IMG/VR virus record: IMGVR_UViG_3300037743_000223
Location: 1 to 64,000 of that record
Origin: a virus
Reading direction: 5' to 3' (one strand)
Length of the DNA stretch: 64,000 nt
How positions within the stretch are numbered: the first letter of the stretch is position 1; each line of letters begins with the position of its first letter. The translations under genes and the position numbers were made by a program. Below, in pieces: positions 16,059 to 24,701 of this stretch. The notes under the pieces are model-generated. The model was not told where the DNA came from, made no database searches, and saw nothing but the letters and a program-made list of their open reading frames with translations.

Positions 16059-18092
16059 TCAGCTCGGCTGGTCCAGGGTCCAACTGGGGCCGGGCACGTA
16101 CGCGGTGCCCCGGCCGCCGGGCTGGGCGAGCACCCCGGCCTGCGCGTCGGCCCGCATCCACCCGATGACCGTCTGCTCGACGGTGCGGTAGTCCTCGGCC
16201 TGCATCTGCTGCCACACCGCCCGGGGGCCGATGCCGTCGCGCCGATGCTCCTGGACGATCTGCCGCATCCGTGCCCGCGGCGGCAGCCGCAGGTCGGTCG
16301 GGGCACCCGACAGCCAGCCCTCCACCACCGTCCAGTCGGTGGCCGGGTCGGCGTCGGCTTCTTCCCGGGCCTGCCGGGCGGCGTCCACCGCGTCGCGTAG
16401 CCGCTTCGCGGACTCGTCCAGGTTCACGGTCTCCTCCGGTCGGGTCAGGGTGGCGGTCACGGTGCCGCCTCCCGCAGCCTGCTCCCGGTCGGGTCGCGCC
16501 CGGCCGGCCGCGGGGAACATCAGCGGCAGGGTCTGCTCCCACCGCCCGGGGTAGGCGGCGCCGGCCAGCTCAACCGAGATCGGGTCCAGACCGGGCCGCA
16601 GGTCGCCGAGCACGATCGACGCGGCCTCGATCCGCGCCGGCTTCAACCGGCGGACCTTGAACGGGGCCGCCGGACTGGCCCCGGTGGAGAGCGCCCCGGA
16701 GCCACGGTAGGGCATCGAGGCAGGGTCGAACCGGCCCCTCGACCACATCGCATCGAACAGGTACTGCAGCTCCGCCTCATCGGAGACCCTCATGGCGATC
16801 CGCTCCCGGGCCTGCACGATCATCGCCCGGGAGATGTCCGCCCCGATCGCACGCAGCACGCTGGACACGACCCGCACGCCGGCGCCGCGGCCGGTGTTAG
16901 AGATCGTCTCCAGCGTCTCCTTCACATCGGCCGGCAGGTCCGCGAACTCATCCACCAGGATCACGATCTCGGGGACCTCGGGTGAGACCGGAAGCTTGTC
17001 GTCATCGGCCTGGTGCATCATCTGCTCGTAGGCGGCCGTGCGGCCGTTGATGATGGACACCGCCGCCGCGGTGAGTCTCCGGGCCTCCTCCGGAGTGACC
17101 GCCGCCCAGTCGATCACCGGAGCGGTCGCCCGGCCCTCCCGCCACGCCCGCACCCACGGCCGGGGGAACCGGCCGTTGCCCGAGCAGTCGACAGCCCAGA
17201 TCAGCGCGTCGGTGCACCGGCCCAGCTGGTGGGTGATCACGTTCAGGGTGTTGGACTTGCCGGAGTCGGTCTGCCCGACCAGCACGCAGCAGGCGAACCG
17301 TAAGGTGATCGCGGCCGGGCTACGGTCGGCGTAGTCACCCAGCGGCAGCGGGTTCTCGATCGACAGCGGTGACGTGGCATCGTCGAGGTGTCGGGTCTCG
17401 GCGATCGCGTTCACCGTCGCGACCCGGACCGTGAAGAAACGCCGGCCCCTGTCGGTGCCCAGCACCTCCACGTTGCAGCCCGGTGGCAGATTCGCGGCGG
17501 ACGCGAGCTGCGCCTCGTACGCCTTCACGTCGGCCACGGTGGTGCCGTCGCCGGGCAGGGTGCAATGCAGGGTGAACCCGGTCGGCGGGTCCCACCTCTC
17601 TGCCTGGTCGACGACGATCTGCCGGCGGGTGATCTGCCGCAGTCGCTCCTCCCACCGGGCAGCTACCGGGTCCCGGTCGCGCTCTGGCGCTGGCCTGTCC
17701 ACGTCGGGCTGCTGCCGGTCTTCCAGCCAGGCCAGCCCGGACCCGATGACCGCGGCCAGGGCGACACCGGTGGCGAGCAGGATCAGCGGCCACCGCGACC
17801 ACGGGGAGCTGTGGGTGAGCGTCCAGGACGACCAGCCGCCGGCGGCCACCCAGCAGCCGGCCCGGTACGCCACCGCCTGCCCGGGCGCGGACCGCCAGGC
17901 GGCGGTGACCGCGGCCGCGCAGCCCAGCACCGCCCCGGCCACCAGCGGCCACCCGGCCGGCAGCAGCCCGGACGCGGCCCCGACCGAGGTGACCGACAGG
18001 GCGGTCAGCCCGGCCATGGCCGCGCCGATCACCGGGTGCCGGCCCGGGCCGAACGACCAGTCCGACCAGTCCACCTCCAGCCGCTTGGTCAC
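16059..18092 (-). CDS. FtsK/SpoIIIE-family DNA translocase (TraB/Tra-like)
   Basis: GTG 18092 (GTGA overlap with upstream stop); N-terminal TM helices, Walker A VGQTDSGKSN, Walker B EIVILVDEF, C-terminal wHTH-like region. Confidence 0.8.
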   Translation of the reverse strand: MTKRLEVDWSDWSFGPGRHPVIGAAMAGLTALSVTSVGAASGLLPAGWPLVAGAVLGCAAAVTAAWRSAPGQAVAYRAGCWVAAGGWSSWTLTHSSPWSRWPLILLATGVALAAVIGSGLAWLEDRQQPDVDRPAPERDRDPVAARWEERLRQITRRQIVVDQAERWDPPTGFTLHCTLPGDGTTVADVKAYEAQLASAANLPPGCNVEVLGTDRGRRFFTVRVATVNAIAETRHLDDATSPLSIENPLPLGDYADRSPAAITLRFACCVLVGQTDSGKSNTLNVITHQLGRCTDALIWAVDCSGNGRFPRPWVRAWREGRATAPVIDWAAVTPEEARRLTAAAVSIINGRTAAYEQMMHQADDDKLPVSPEVPEIVILVDEFADLPADVKETLETISNTGRGAGVRVVSSVLRAIGADISRAMIVQARERIAMRVSDEAELQYLFDAMWSRGRFDPASMPYRGSGALSTGASPAAPFKVRRLKPARIEAASIVLGDLRPGLDPISVELAGAAYPGRWEQTLPLMFPAAGRARPDREQAAGGGTVTATLTRPEETVNLDESAKRLRDAVDAARQAREEADADPATDWTVVEGWLSGAPTDLRLPPRARMRQIVQEHRRDGIGPRAVWQQMQAEDYRTVEQTVIGWMRADAQAGVLAQPGGRGTAYVPGPSWTLDQPS

Positions 18093-19261
18093 GCCGCCGC
18101 CCGCTCCCGGTTGGCCCGGTGGTCCCACATCTCCTTGCGCTTGTCGGCCAGTGCCTCGATCTCCGGCCGGTGCAGCGCGTGCGCGGTCGGGGCGATCTCC
18201 TCCGCCGCGGCGGCGGTGAGCCGCTGGTGCCTGGACACCGCCTCCACCAGTTCCACGATCACGGGATGCAGCGGGTACCGCTCGGCCGCCTTGCGGTGCA
18301 GGATCACCCAGGCGTCTACCAGCCTGGCCAGCGCGTCCGGCCACTGCCGGTATGCCTCGATCACCTCCAGCATGCCCTCAGGCTCCCACCGGGTGACCAC
18401 GGCGACAATCTGGTCGGTCGCCTCCTGGATCTGCAACATCGGGGTCTGGGACATGGGTCCTCCTCGCGGGTGCGGACTCTCACGGGGGTCCGGTGGTGCC
18501 GGTGGTGCTGGTGGGGCCGGCGGGGGGGCGGGCCGTGGCGGGGGGCCGGTCGGCGGTACGGGTGGGGCCGGAGGCGGGGGTGGCGTTCCGGGGCCGGGCG
18601 GCCGGCTGGCTGCTGGGGGTGCAGGTCGGGCGTGCGGCCCCGGCCGCCGTTGCGGTGCCGGCTGCGGGCGGCCCGCGCCGTTGTCGACGGGACGGGCCGG
18701 GGGGGTGGGCCGGTACCAGCGCCACGCCGCCCGCAGCCCGCGCCGCGCGGCGGACAGCGTGACGGCTGTCCCGGCCCGTCGCCGACCGGTCGGCACCGGC
18801 TGCGGGCCGGCTGCGGGGGCCGGGCGTGCCCGGCCGGTGGCGTGGACGACCTGGCGGGTCCGACCCCGGGACGTGGGCAGCCCCAGCCACCCGGCCGCTG
18901 CCCGGGCGCCACGCCCCAGCGGACCTCGCCGCCCGGGCGCCCGCGGCGCCAGCCCTTCGGCGGCCAGCACCGCGGACCGGGCCCGCCGCTGCCGTAGCTG
19001 CGGGGGTCCGTCGAGGCGCACCCGCCGGCCGTTGATCGTCCGCCAGCGGCCGCCCGGACCCGGCCGCCGCTTGGCCATCGCCCCGGCGCCGGCAGCCGCG
19101 ACGGTGCCACCGGCGGCCACCGCCAGCCCGAACGCGCCGGCCAGGTGCGCCACCGTCGCCCCGGCGATCGCCGCCAGGTTGGCCACGGCGAGCACCACCG
19201 TCCCGGCCGGTAGCCGCCCCGGCCCGGCCTTCCGTACCGCGCTATCGCGAGGCTGTTCCAT
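18089..19261 (-). CDS. membrane plus Pro/Arg-rich protein; possibly two products (internal start 18454)
   Basis: ATG 19261; 2 TM then long Pro-rich linker; in-frame ATG 18454 has a strong RBS GAGGAGG and starts a 121-aa globular domain. Confidence 0.5.
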   Translation of the reverse strand: MEQPRDSAVRKAGPGRLPAGTVVLAVANLAAIAGATVAHLAGAFGLAVAAGGTVAAAGAGAMAKRRPGPGGRWRTINGRRVRLDGPPQLRQRRARSAVLAAEGLAPRAPGRRGPLGRGARAAAGWLGLPTSRGRTRQVVHATGRARPAPAAGPQPVPTGRRRAGTAVTLSAARRGLRAAWRWYRPTPPARPVDNGAGRPQPAPQRRPGPHARPAPPAASRPPGPGTPPPPPAPPVPPTGPPPRPAPPPAPPAPPAPPDPRESPHPRGGPMSQTPMLQIQEATDQIVAVVTRWEPEGMLEVIEAYRQWPDALARLVDAWVILHRKAAERYPLHPVIVELVEAVSRHQRLTAAAAEEIAPTAHALHRPEIEALADKRKEMWDHRANRERAAA

Positions 19262-19264
19262 CGG

Positions 19265-19540
19265 CTAACCCCCCCTCTGGTCCTGTGGCCTGCGGTTACG
19301 CCCCGGCCGGGGGCGGGTGGCGCCGGCAATATCGCGAGTCTCGCGAGACTCCGCCATGGCTGCGGTAGCCCCGACCACCCATAGCCCGGCCGCGGCGGCG
19401 AGCAGCCGCCAGAACCAGGTCAGCCCGGTCGGCAGGCTGATCACCGCTGCCACCACGCACCCGAGCGCGGCCAGCCACGCCACGTCCGCCGTGCCCAGCC
19501 GCCCCCGCCGTCCCTCCCGGCGGGGCGGTGGCGGGCTCAC
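19265..19540 (-). CDS. small membrane protein (2 TM, Spd-like by context)
   Basis: GTG 19540 in GTGA overlap with upstream stop; high GC3. Confidence 0.5.
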   Translation of the reverse strand: MSPPPPRREGRRGRLGTADVAWLAALGCVVAAVISLPTGLTWFWRLLAAAAGLWVVGATAAMAESRETRDIAGATRPRPGRNRRPQDQRGG

Positions 19541-19671
19541 GACAGCCTCCCCAGCAGGTGCCCGACCACACCGGCCACGGCGCAGGCCAGGCCGAACCAC
19601 TTGACCACCGTCCAGGTCCGCGGGCCCGCGGTAAGCCGTGCCCGCCGTGTCGCACGCGGTTGAGTGGTCAT
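19537..19671 (-). CDS. very small membrane protein (44 aa)
   Basis: Not in ORF track; ATG 19671 in ATGA overlap with DUF2637-like stop, stop overlaps next GTG; one TM (WFGLACAVAGVVGHLL). Confidence 0.45.
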   Translation of the reverse strand: MTTQPRATRRARLTAGPRTWTVVKWFGLACAVAGVVGHLLGRLS

Positions 19672-20684
19672 GCCGCCTCACGCTCCCCGTCATCGTCGCC
19701 CCGGTCTGCCTCGCCGTTGCGCCAGCCGGACAGCCGTTTCACCGCCGCGATCGCCCGAGCCCGGGAGCACGACCCATGGACCCGGCGGAGAGCGGACAGG
19801 GCGGTCGGCGAGCCAGGCACCCTGTCCGAGAACTCCCGGTCGAGAGTCCGGGCAAGCTGGTCGACGGACACCTCACCGGCCCGGCTGCGGCGAGGCCGAT
19901 CAGCTGTCCGGCCGGTGATGCTCCGGACAGAAGCCAGGGGGGAGGCTGGCTCCTGTCCGGAGCGGGTATCCGGCTTCCCGGCTGCCGGGGTGGCCGTCCG
20001 CCGCGCTGGCCTGTCCGGCCGGCGAGCGGCTGGGGGTGTCCGGCGGGCGGTCCGCCACTGCGCGTACCGGGCGCGGGCCTCGTCCACCGTGGCCACCGGC
20101 TCCCACGAGATCAGGTAGACGGTGATCAGCGACCGGATAGGGTGTAGCAGCTTCGCCGAAGTGGGTAGCCGGGGCAGCGCCGGGTCGATCTGACCTGCGG
20201 CGATCATCTCCCGCCGCTGCGCCCAGCGGGAACCGCGGGACCACAGCCACAGCGACGAGGCGGACATGCCGGCCAGGACCCAGGCCACCAGCTCCGGCAG
20301 GCCCCGGTATCCCAGCCACCAGTGGATGGCGATGGCGGATATCCCGACGTAGACGAGCATGCCGACCCGCAGCTGCCAGACGCTGTCCCGGGCGCGTAGG
20401 TGCTGGTCGTACAGCCACATCAGGTATCCGGCGGCGGCCTCGATTGAGGTTGCCACGGCCAGCCCGAGTAGCCCGGCCAGGCCGTACCACAGCCACGCCG
20501 GCCCGGTGCCGGCCTGCCTGTCCGCGAGCTGCCCGCCGACCAGGTCGGTGACCGCGGTGGCCTGGAGCACGAATGCGACGGCCAGGGCGGCGGTTGGTGG
20601 GGTGTAACGCAGCCACCGAACCCCTGTCCGGGTATCCGACTGGGGGTGTCCGGTGGGGGTGTCCGCGGCCGGGGAGTCAGTCAC
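19668..20684 (-). CDS. DUF2637-like polytopic membrane protein with basic C-terminal domain
   Basis: GTG 20684; 4-5 TM N-terminal half then Arg/Pro-rich tail; architecture and neighbourhood typical of DUF2637 proteins next to FtsK-like genes in actinomycete ICEs. Confidence 0.55.
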   Translation of the reverse strand: MTDSPAADTPTGHPQSDTRTGVRWLRYTPPTAALAVAFVLQATAVTDLVGGQLADRQAGTGPAWLWYGLAGLLGLAVATSIEAAAGYLMWLYDQHLRARDSVWQLRVGMLVYVGISAIAIHWWLGYRGLPELVAWVLAGMSASSLWLWSRGSRWAQRREMIAAGQIDPALPRLPTSAKLLHPIRSLITVYLISWEPVATVDEARARYAQWRTARRTPPAARRPDRPARRTATPAAGKPDTRSGQEPASPLASVRSITGRTADRPRRSRAGEVSVDQLARTLDREFSDRVPGSPTALSALRRVHGSCSRARAIAAVKRLSGWRNGEADRGDDDGEREAA

Positions 20685-20747
20685 GATGATCAGTGTGACA
20701 TGACCGAGACGGACGGGGCAACCGAGACGAGTGAGTGAGCCGAGACG
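20680..20747. promoter_or_regulatory. operator-like motifs in divergent control region
   Basis: Palindrome GTCAC-GA-TGATCA-GT-GTGAC (20680-20699) over the DUF2637-like start; three CCGAGACG repeats at 20704, 20722, 20740 (18-bp period). Confidence 0.5.
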
Positions 20748-20835
20748 ACTAGATCAACCTGTGCTGTCCGGGTGGTTCAAGACGCGCGTTACGGCCGGTA
20801 CGATCAGCGCAACCCGAGCGACAGGAGCAGGCACG

Positions 20836-21102
20836 ATGCCCGAGCCCGACCGAGCCGGCCTTGAACGGCGGCTCGACGCCGGGAAGTGGCTGCGCCTGAG
20901 TGAGGTCGCCCACCTGCTGGACGCCAGCCGGGCAAGCGTCGACCGGTGGGTCCGGGACGGCCGGTTCCGTTACCGCCGCCGCGGGCCGCGGGGGGACCGG
21001 TTCCTGCATCCCGAGGATGTGCGGCGGGAGCTGGACGAGTACCGGCGGGAGCGCCGCAACGGTGTCGCCGAGCCCGGAGACGGCTCCGCCCCGCCCGGGT
21101 AG
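20836..21102 (+). CDS. excisionase-family helix-turn-helix protein
   Basis: ATG 20836 after AGGAG 20823-20827; WLRLSEVAHLLDASRASVDRWVRDGRF...HPEDVRREL. Confidence 0.65.
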   Translation: MPEPDRAGLERRLDAGKWLRLSEVAHLLDASRASVDRWVRDGRFRYRRRGPRGDRFLHPEDVRRELDEYRRERRNGVAEPGDGSAPPG

Positions 21103-21200
21103 CGGGCAGGGCGGGTCAGGCTCCGGCGCTGGCGGTGGGGGTCAGCGATCCGCCGGGCCGGGACCGGCGGGGCAGGCCCCGGCGGCTGAGCTGGGCGCCG

Positions 21201-21728
21201 TCAGACCGGCTGCCGGATCGCCGGGTCAGGCTCCGGGTCGACGATGCGATCGCCCCCACCACCGCCGCGACACCACGGACACCACGGCCGCAGCCGCTGG
21301 TGGACGGTCACCGCCTGCGCCACCACCGCCAGCGGCATCAACGCGACCGCGACCGCCGGCCACGACGCCGCCCAGTCCAACCCCGCCAGCGCCAGTGCCA
21401 GCAGCACCAGGAACGGCCCAACCGTAAGCGCCGCCACCCGCCAGATGCTCGGCACCACCAGGTGATGCAGCCACAGCATCCGACGGCGTCGGCTGGCGAC
21501 CCCGGCCACGTCCAATGGCATCGCCTCCGCGCACCAGGTGCACGGAACCCGACCCCGCTGCACCGCCAGCAGCACGTACCCGGCCAGCGCGGTGACCCAG
21601 GCGGCGGTAGCCGCAGGGGAGTCGGCCGCCTCCGTGACCGCCGCCGTGCCGACCAGCACGAGCGCCACGACCGGCGCGGGTGGCCGGCATGCCAGCAGGT
21701 GCCCCAGCCGGCCAGGGTCGCCGGTCAT
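21201..21728 (-). CDS. polytopic membrane protein with two CxxC motifs
   Basis: 175 aa, 4-5 TM; CTWC and CPWC motifs; ATGA-type coupling with upstream gene. Confidence 0.55.
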   Translation of the reverse strand: MTGDPGRLGHLLACRPPAPVVALVLVGTAAVTEAADSPAATAAWVTALAGYVLLAVQRGRVPCTWCAEAMPLDVAGVASRRRRMLWLHHLVVPSIWRVAALTVGPFLVLLALALAGLDWAASWPAVAVALMPLAVVAQAVTVHQRLRPWCPWCRGGGGGDRIVDPEPDPAIRQPV

Positions 21729-22102
21729 CAGCGCTCACCCAGCCGCTTGAGCAGCGTCATCCGGTCGATCCCGCACCGCCGGGCCGTCTCCCGCTTGATC
21801 CGCTGGCCGGGATGGTCACGTACGACCATCGCGGCGACCTGCTGGGCGGCGGCGAACGCCCTGGCCGCGGCCAGGCGGGCGGCACCCAGCTCCGCCGCCA
21901 CCTGCTCCGGGGTGATGTCGCCGAGCATGTGCTGGACGGCAGCGGACAGGGCCGCTTCGCGCAGGTCAGCATCGTCCAGGTCCGGCCAGTAGGCGGCGAT
22001 GTCGTCGGACTCCCGGACCAGCCGGTCAACCTGCTCAGCGGTGAGGTCGCCGGCGGCCGGCCCGAGCCAGGCCATCATCTCGTGCTGCTGGGTGGCGGTC
22101 AT
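21728..22102 (-). CDS. hypothetical protein with C-terminal HTH
   Basis: 124 aa; C-terminus IKRETARRCGIDRMTLLKRLGE is resolvase/Hin-type HTH-like. Confidence 0.55.
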   Translation of the reverse strand: MTATQQHEMMAWLGPAAGDLTAEQVDRLVRESDDIAAYWPDLDDADLREAALSAAVQHMLGDITPEQVAAELGAARLAAARAFAAAQQVAAMVVRDHPGQRIKRETARRCGIDRMTLLKRLGER

Positions 22103-22108
22103 CAGTGG

Positions 22109-22471
22109 TCACACCTCCGTGGCCGAGTCGTAGGCGGCGCCGATCATGTCCCACATCTCGATGTCGTCGTCAAGGCTGGTGACGCTGACAATCCGGGTCG
22201 GCCGGAGCAGGATCTCGCCGTACTCCGCGTCGAGCGGGGTGTCGTCGGACTCGGCGCCCTCCAGCCCGACCAGCACCCAGCCGCCGGAGCCGTAGGGGAT
22301 GCCCTCGCCGACGGTGGCCAGGTAGCCGGCCAGCACCTCGCGGGACTCGCAGACGGAGATGCCGGAACGGTTGAGGTCGTCGCGGTGCCAGGCGCTGGAG
22401 ATCTGCGCCTCGGAGTCGAGCAGCGTCTCGACGGGCCGGTTGCCTGGCTGGACTCGGTAGTACGTCCTCAT
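22109..22471 (-). CDS. hypothetical protein (120 aa)
   Basis: ATG 22471 preceded by TAGACT plus 7 nt (possible leaderless start); high GC3. Confidence 0.55.
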   Translation of the reverse strand: MRTYYRVQPGNRPVETLLDSEAQISSAWHRDDLNRSGISVCESREVLAGYLATVGEGIPYGSGGWVLVGLEGAESDDTPLDAEYGEILLRPTRIVSVTSLDDDIEMWDMIGAAYDSATEV

Positions 22472-22548
22472 GTGGACGAGTCTACACCGTGGTTGTAGCC
22501 CCGTCTACATGAGGCATCACCCGAACGGGTGAATCCACCCCACCGGTA

Positions 22549-22588
22549 CGGCCCCGGACCCTGGGACGTCGCCCAGGGTCCGGGGCCG
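22549..22588 (-). terminator. 17-bp perfect GC-rich hairpin after the RHH gene
   Basis: CGGCCCCGGACCCTGGG / CCCAGGGTCCGGGGCCG with 6-nt loop; no U-tract (common in actinomycetes). Confidence 0.6.
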
Positions 22589-22603
22589 CTCGTGTCGACG
22601 GGA

Positions 22604-22726
22604 TCAGCCCTTCCGCAAGCCGGCTGCCACCAGATCACGGATGGTCGCGGCCCGGCTGGTGCCATCAGCAGCCGCCCGGGCGTCCACCAGAGCCAGCAGC
22701 TCGGCGGGGAACTCGAAGATGCCCAC
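22604..22726 (-). CDS. ribbon-helix-helix (CopG/Arc-like) protein, 40 aa
   Basis: Not in ORF track; GTG 22726; VGIFEFPAELLALVDARAAADGTSRAATIRDLVAAGL matches beta-strand plus two-helix RHH pattern. Confidence 0.5.
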   Translation of the reverse strand: MGIFEFPAELLALVDARAAADGTSRAATIRDLVAAGLRKG

Positions 22727-22755
22727 CGTCGGCCCCCGTATACGGCGGGCGCACC

Positions 22756-23019
22756 TCAGCCCTCCGCCGCCTCCACGTCGGGCAGCATGAACTCCACCCG
22801 GTTCAGCGCCGCCCAGGCGGCGGCGCGCTGGTACGCCTCGGCCGCCTCCGTCACGAGCTGCCGCAGATGGCGCAGCGGCACCTTGCCGTCGGCCAGCGCC
22901 AGCTGCGCCTGGGCCAGCTGGTGGCCCGCCTCCTTGACGGCCCGGATGCAGTTGTCCCGCTCGCTGCGGACCTCCTGCTCGAAGCCGCGGCGGATCAGCT
23001 CCGGTGGGTGCTTCGCCAC
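22756..23019 (-). CDS. hypothetical protein (87 aa)
   Basis: GTG 23019 with GAGGAGGG upstream; rest of ORF 22756-23307 is off-target extension. Confidence 0.55.
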   Translation of the reverse strand: MAKHPPELIRRGFEQEVRSERDNCIRAVKEAGHQLAQAQLALADGKVPLRHLRQLVTEAAEAYQRAAAWAALNRVEFMLPDVEAAEG

Positions 23020-23024
23020 GGGGC

Positions 23025-23420
23025 TCAACCCTCCTCGGTCCGGCCCAGCGCCTCCCGGGCGCGACGGATCGCCTCGGTCATAATCTGCCGGTCCGGCAAC
23101 CGAGCCGCGCTGGTGTCGTCGAGGACCACCAGCCACTCGGCCAGCGCCCGCAGCCGGTCCGGCTCGGTGGCAGTCCGGAGCATCGCTGCCTCGTCCGCCG
23201 CGTGGATCTGGTCCCGCCGGTCCAGCTCGGCCAGCAGCGCCCACACCACGGCGGTCACCTCCAGTGAGCCCGACTTGCCGTAGGCGAAGGCCACCGACCG
23301 CGCCCACTCGTCCAGCGGCCGAGGAAGCCTGACGCCGGTGTTGTCGATCGCCGCCAGCACCGTCGGCCGGTACTCCGGCTCCCGCATCGCGGCGGTGTAC
23401 GGGTCAACCCTCTGCGCCAT
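23025..23420 (-). CDS. hypothetical protein (131 aa)
   Basis: ATG 23420 (MAQRVDPY...); helical protein; 2 nt after upstream stop. Confidence 0.55.
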   Translation of the reverse strand: MAQRVDPYTAAMREPEYRPTVLAAIDNTGVRLPRPLDEWARSVAFAYGKSGSLEVTAVVWALLAELDRRDQIHAADEAAMLRTATEPDRLRALAEWLVVLDDTSAARLPDRQIMTEAIRRAREALGRTEEG

Positions 23421-23422
23421 GG

Positions 23423-23758
23423 TCAGCGCCTCCCCTTCCTCCCTCTCGTTCCAGCGGTCCAGCGGTCCAGCACCTGCCGGCCCGCTGCGGTCATCTGCCA
23501 GTACGACGGCTCCCGGTCGACGGGCGGGCGGATCCAGCCACGCTCGGCGAGCAGGTCCCACCACGGGGTACGACGGCGTGGGAAGCCGGCCGCTGGCGGA
23601 CGGTCGGCCATAGTCCACTCCAGCATCGGCGTGGCCAGCGGCTCGCCGCTCCGCGCGTCGTACCGGCGCACCGAGCAGCGTAGGGTGATGTGCCCGCACT
23701 CGATGTCCCGTAGAGTCCGCAGAATCGCGGCCTCACGCAACTCGCTGCACCGCCCCAT
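23423..23758 (-). CDS. hypothetical protein (111 aa), possibly winged-helix
   Basis: ORF track; part of the tightly packed leftward operon. Confidence 0.5.
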   Translation of the reverse strand: MGRCSELREAAILRTLRDIECGHITLRCSVRRYDARSGEPLATPMLEWTMADRPPAAGFPRRRTPWWDLLAERGWIRPPVDREPSYWQMTAAGRQVLDRWTAGTRGRKGRR

Positions 23759-23761
23759 CGC

Positions 23762-23986
23762 TCAGCCCTCCACCAGCTCGACAGCGTCATCGCCGTCGAG
23801 CACGTCCCACTCGCCCTCGTCGACATACCAGGGGTTGCCCCAGCCGCTGCACTGAGCGCAGATCCTGCCGGGCATGGCATCGCTGTCGAATGCCGCATCC
23901 TTGGCGGCTTCCTCGTTGTCAGCGGTTACCTCGACGCTTGTGCTCAGAACCATCTGCAAGTTGACGCGGTACCTCGGCATGGTCAT
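23762..23986 (-). CDS. hypothetical acidic protein (74 aa)
   Basis: ATG 23986 after GAGAGG; overlaps upstream stop. Confidence 0.5.
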   Translation of the reverse strand: MTMPRYRVNLQMVLSTSVEVTADNEEAAKDAAFDSDAMPGRICAQCSGWGNPWYVDEGEWDVLDGDDAVELVEG

Positions 23987-24378
23987 GTCCTCTCGTTGAT
24001 CTGGTCCCGGTCTGGGGTGGCAGCTAGCAGCCGCGCTTCCGCGTCGGCGTAGTCCCCGACGTGCTCGCCCAGCGGCTGGTCCTGCCGTGGCCCGGTGATC
24101 TGCCACCGCATCGCCGGCCGCAGCCCGCCCGCCTCGATGCCCACCGCGCGGATCGCACCGCGCAGCACCGGCCCCCGCTGCGGGTGGCTGGACCACACCA
24201 CCAGCTCCCCGTCGAGCAGCTGGCAGGTGACCTCGCCGCGGACCCGCCGCAGCCAGCACGCCCCGCACACCAGCTTGTCGGTGTCGCCCCACTCGTCGGG
24301 CAGCGGCCACGGGCGCAGCGGGCCGTCGCCCAGGCAGGATAGGCACCAGTCCGGCGCCTCCAGCATCGTCGCATCCAC
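23983..24378 (-). CDS. hypothetical protein with N-terminal CxxC...CxxC zinc-ribbon-like motif
   Basis: GTG 24378 with GGAAGGAG upstream; CLSC...CGAC. Confidence 0.55.
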   Translation of the reverse strand: MDATMLEAPDWCLSCLGDGPLRPWPLPDEWGDTDKLVCGACWLRRVRGEVTCQLLDGELVVWSSHPQRGPVLRGAIRAVGIEAGGLRPAMRWQITGPRQDQPLGEHVGDYADAEARLLAATPDRDQINERT

Positions 24379-24425
24379 GGTGGGTTATCTCCTTCCTTGG
24401 TTGGCCGGTCCGGGGACAGCCCGGG

Positions 24426-24599
24426 TCAGTCCCGCAGCTCCCACTGGGCGACGTGGGCGCCGGTGCACTCCTGAAGCATGGTCCGGACGTAGGTCCGAAT
24501 GTCTTCGCGGATCTCCTCCCGGTCGCAGCCGTATTCGAGGAGCCACGCCTCCACGCCCTCGGCCGGAATGTCTAACGTGGCATTGATGCGTACCTTCAT
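24426..24599 (-). CDS. hypothetical protein (57 aa), first gene of leftward operon
   Basis: ATG 24599 with AAGGGGGA RBS; in-frame upstream extension to 24719/25037 looks non-coding or low-complexity. Confidence 0.5.
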   Translation of the reverse strand: MKVRINATLDIPAEGVEAWLLEYGCDREEIREDIRTYVRTMLQECTGAHVAQWELRD

Positions 24600-24701
24600 G
24601 TCGTTCCCCCTTGTCGTTGCTGGGTTGGTGCTCCCGGCCCCCGCGAGGCGGGGCTCTACGAGGGCCGGGGCGTCGGTGGGGGTGCGGGGCTGGTCGTTGC
24701 C

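Larger units (their letters stand above)
15779..21102. mobile_element. AICE/Streptomyces-plasmid-like DNA transfer module embedded in the phage
   Basis: FtsK/TraB-like translocase, small TM (Spd-like) proteins, DUF2637-like protein, GntR regulator and Xis-type HTH together; no recognised replication initiator or Nudix gene seen in this module. Confidence 0.45.
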
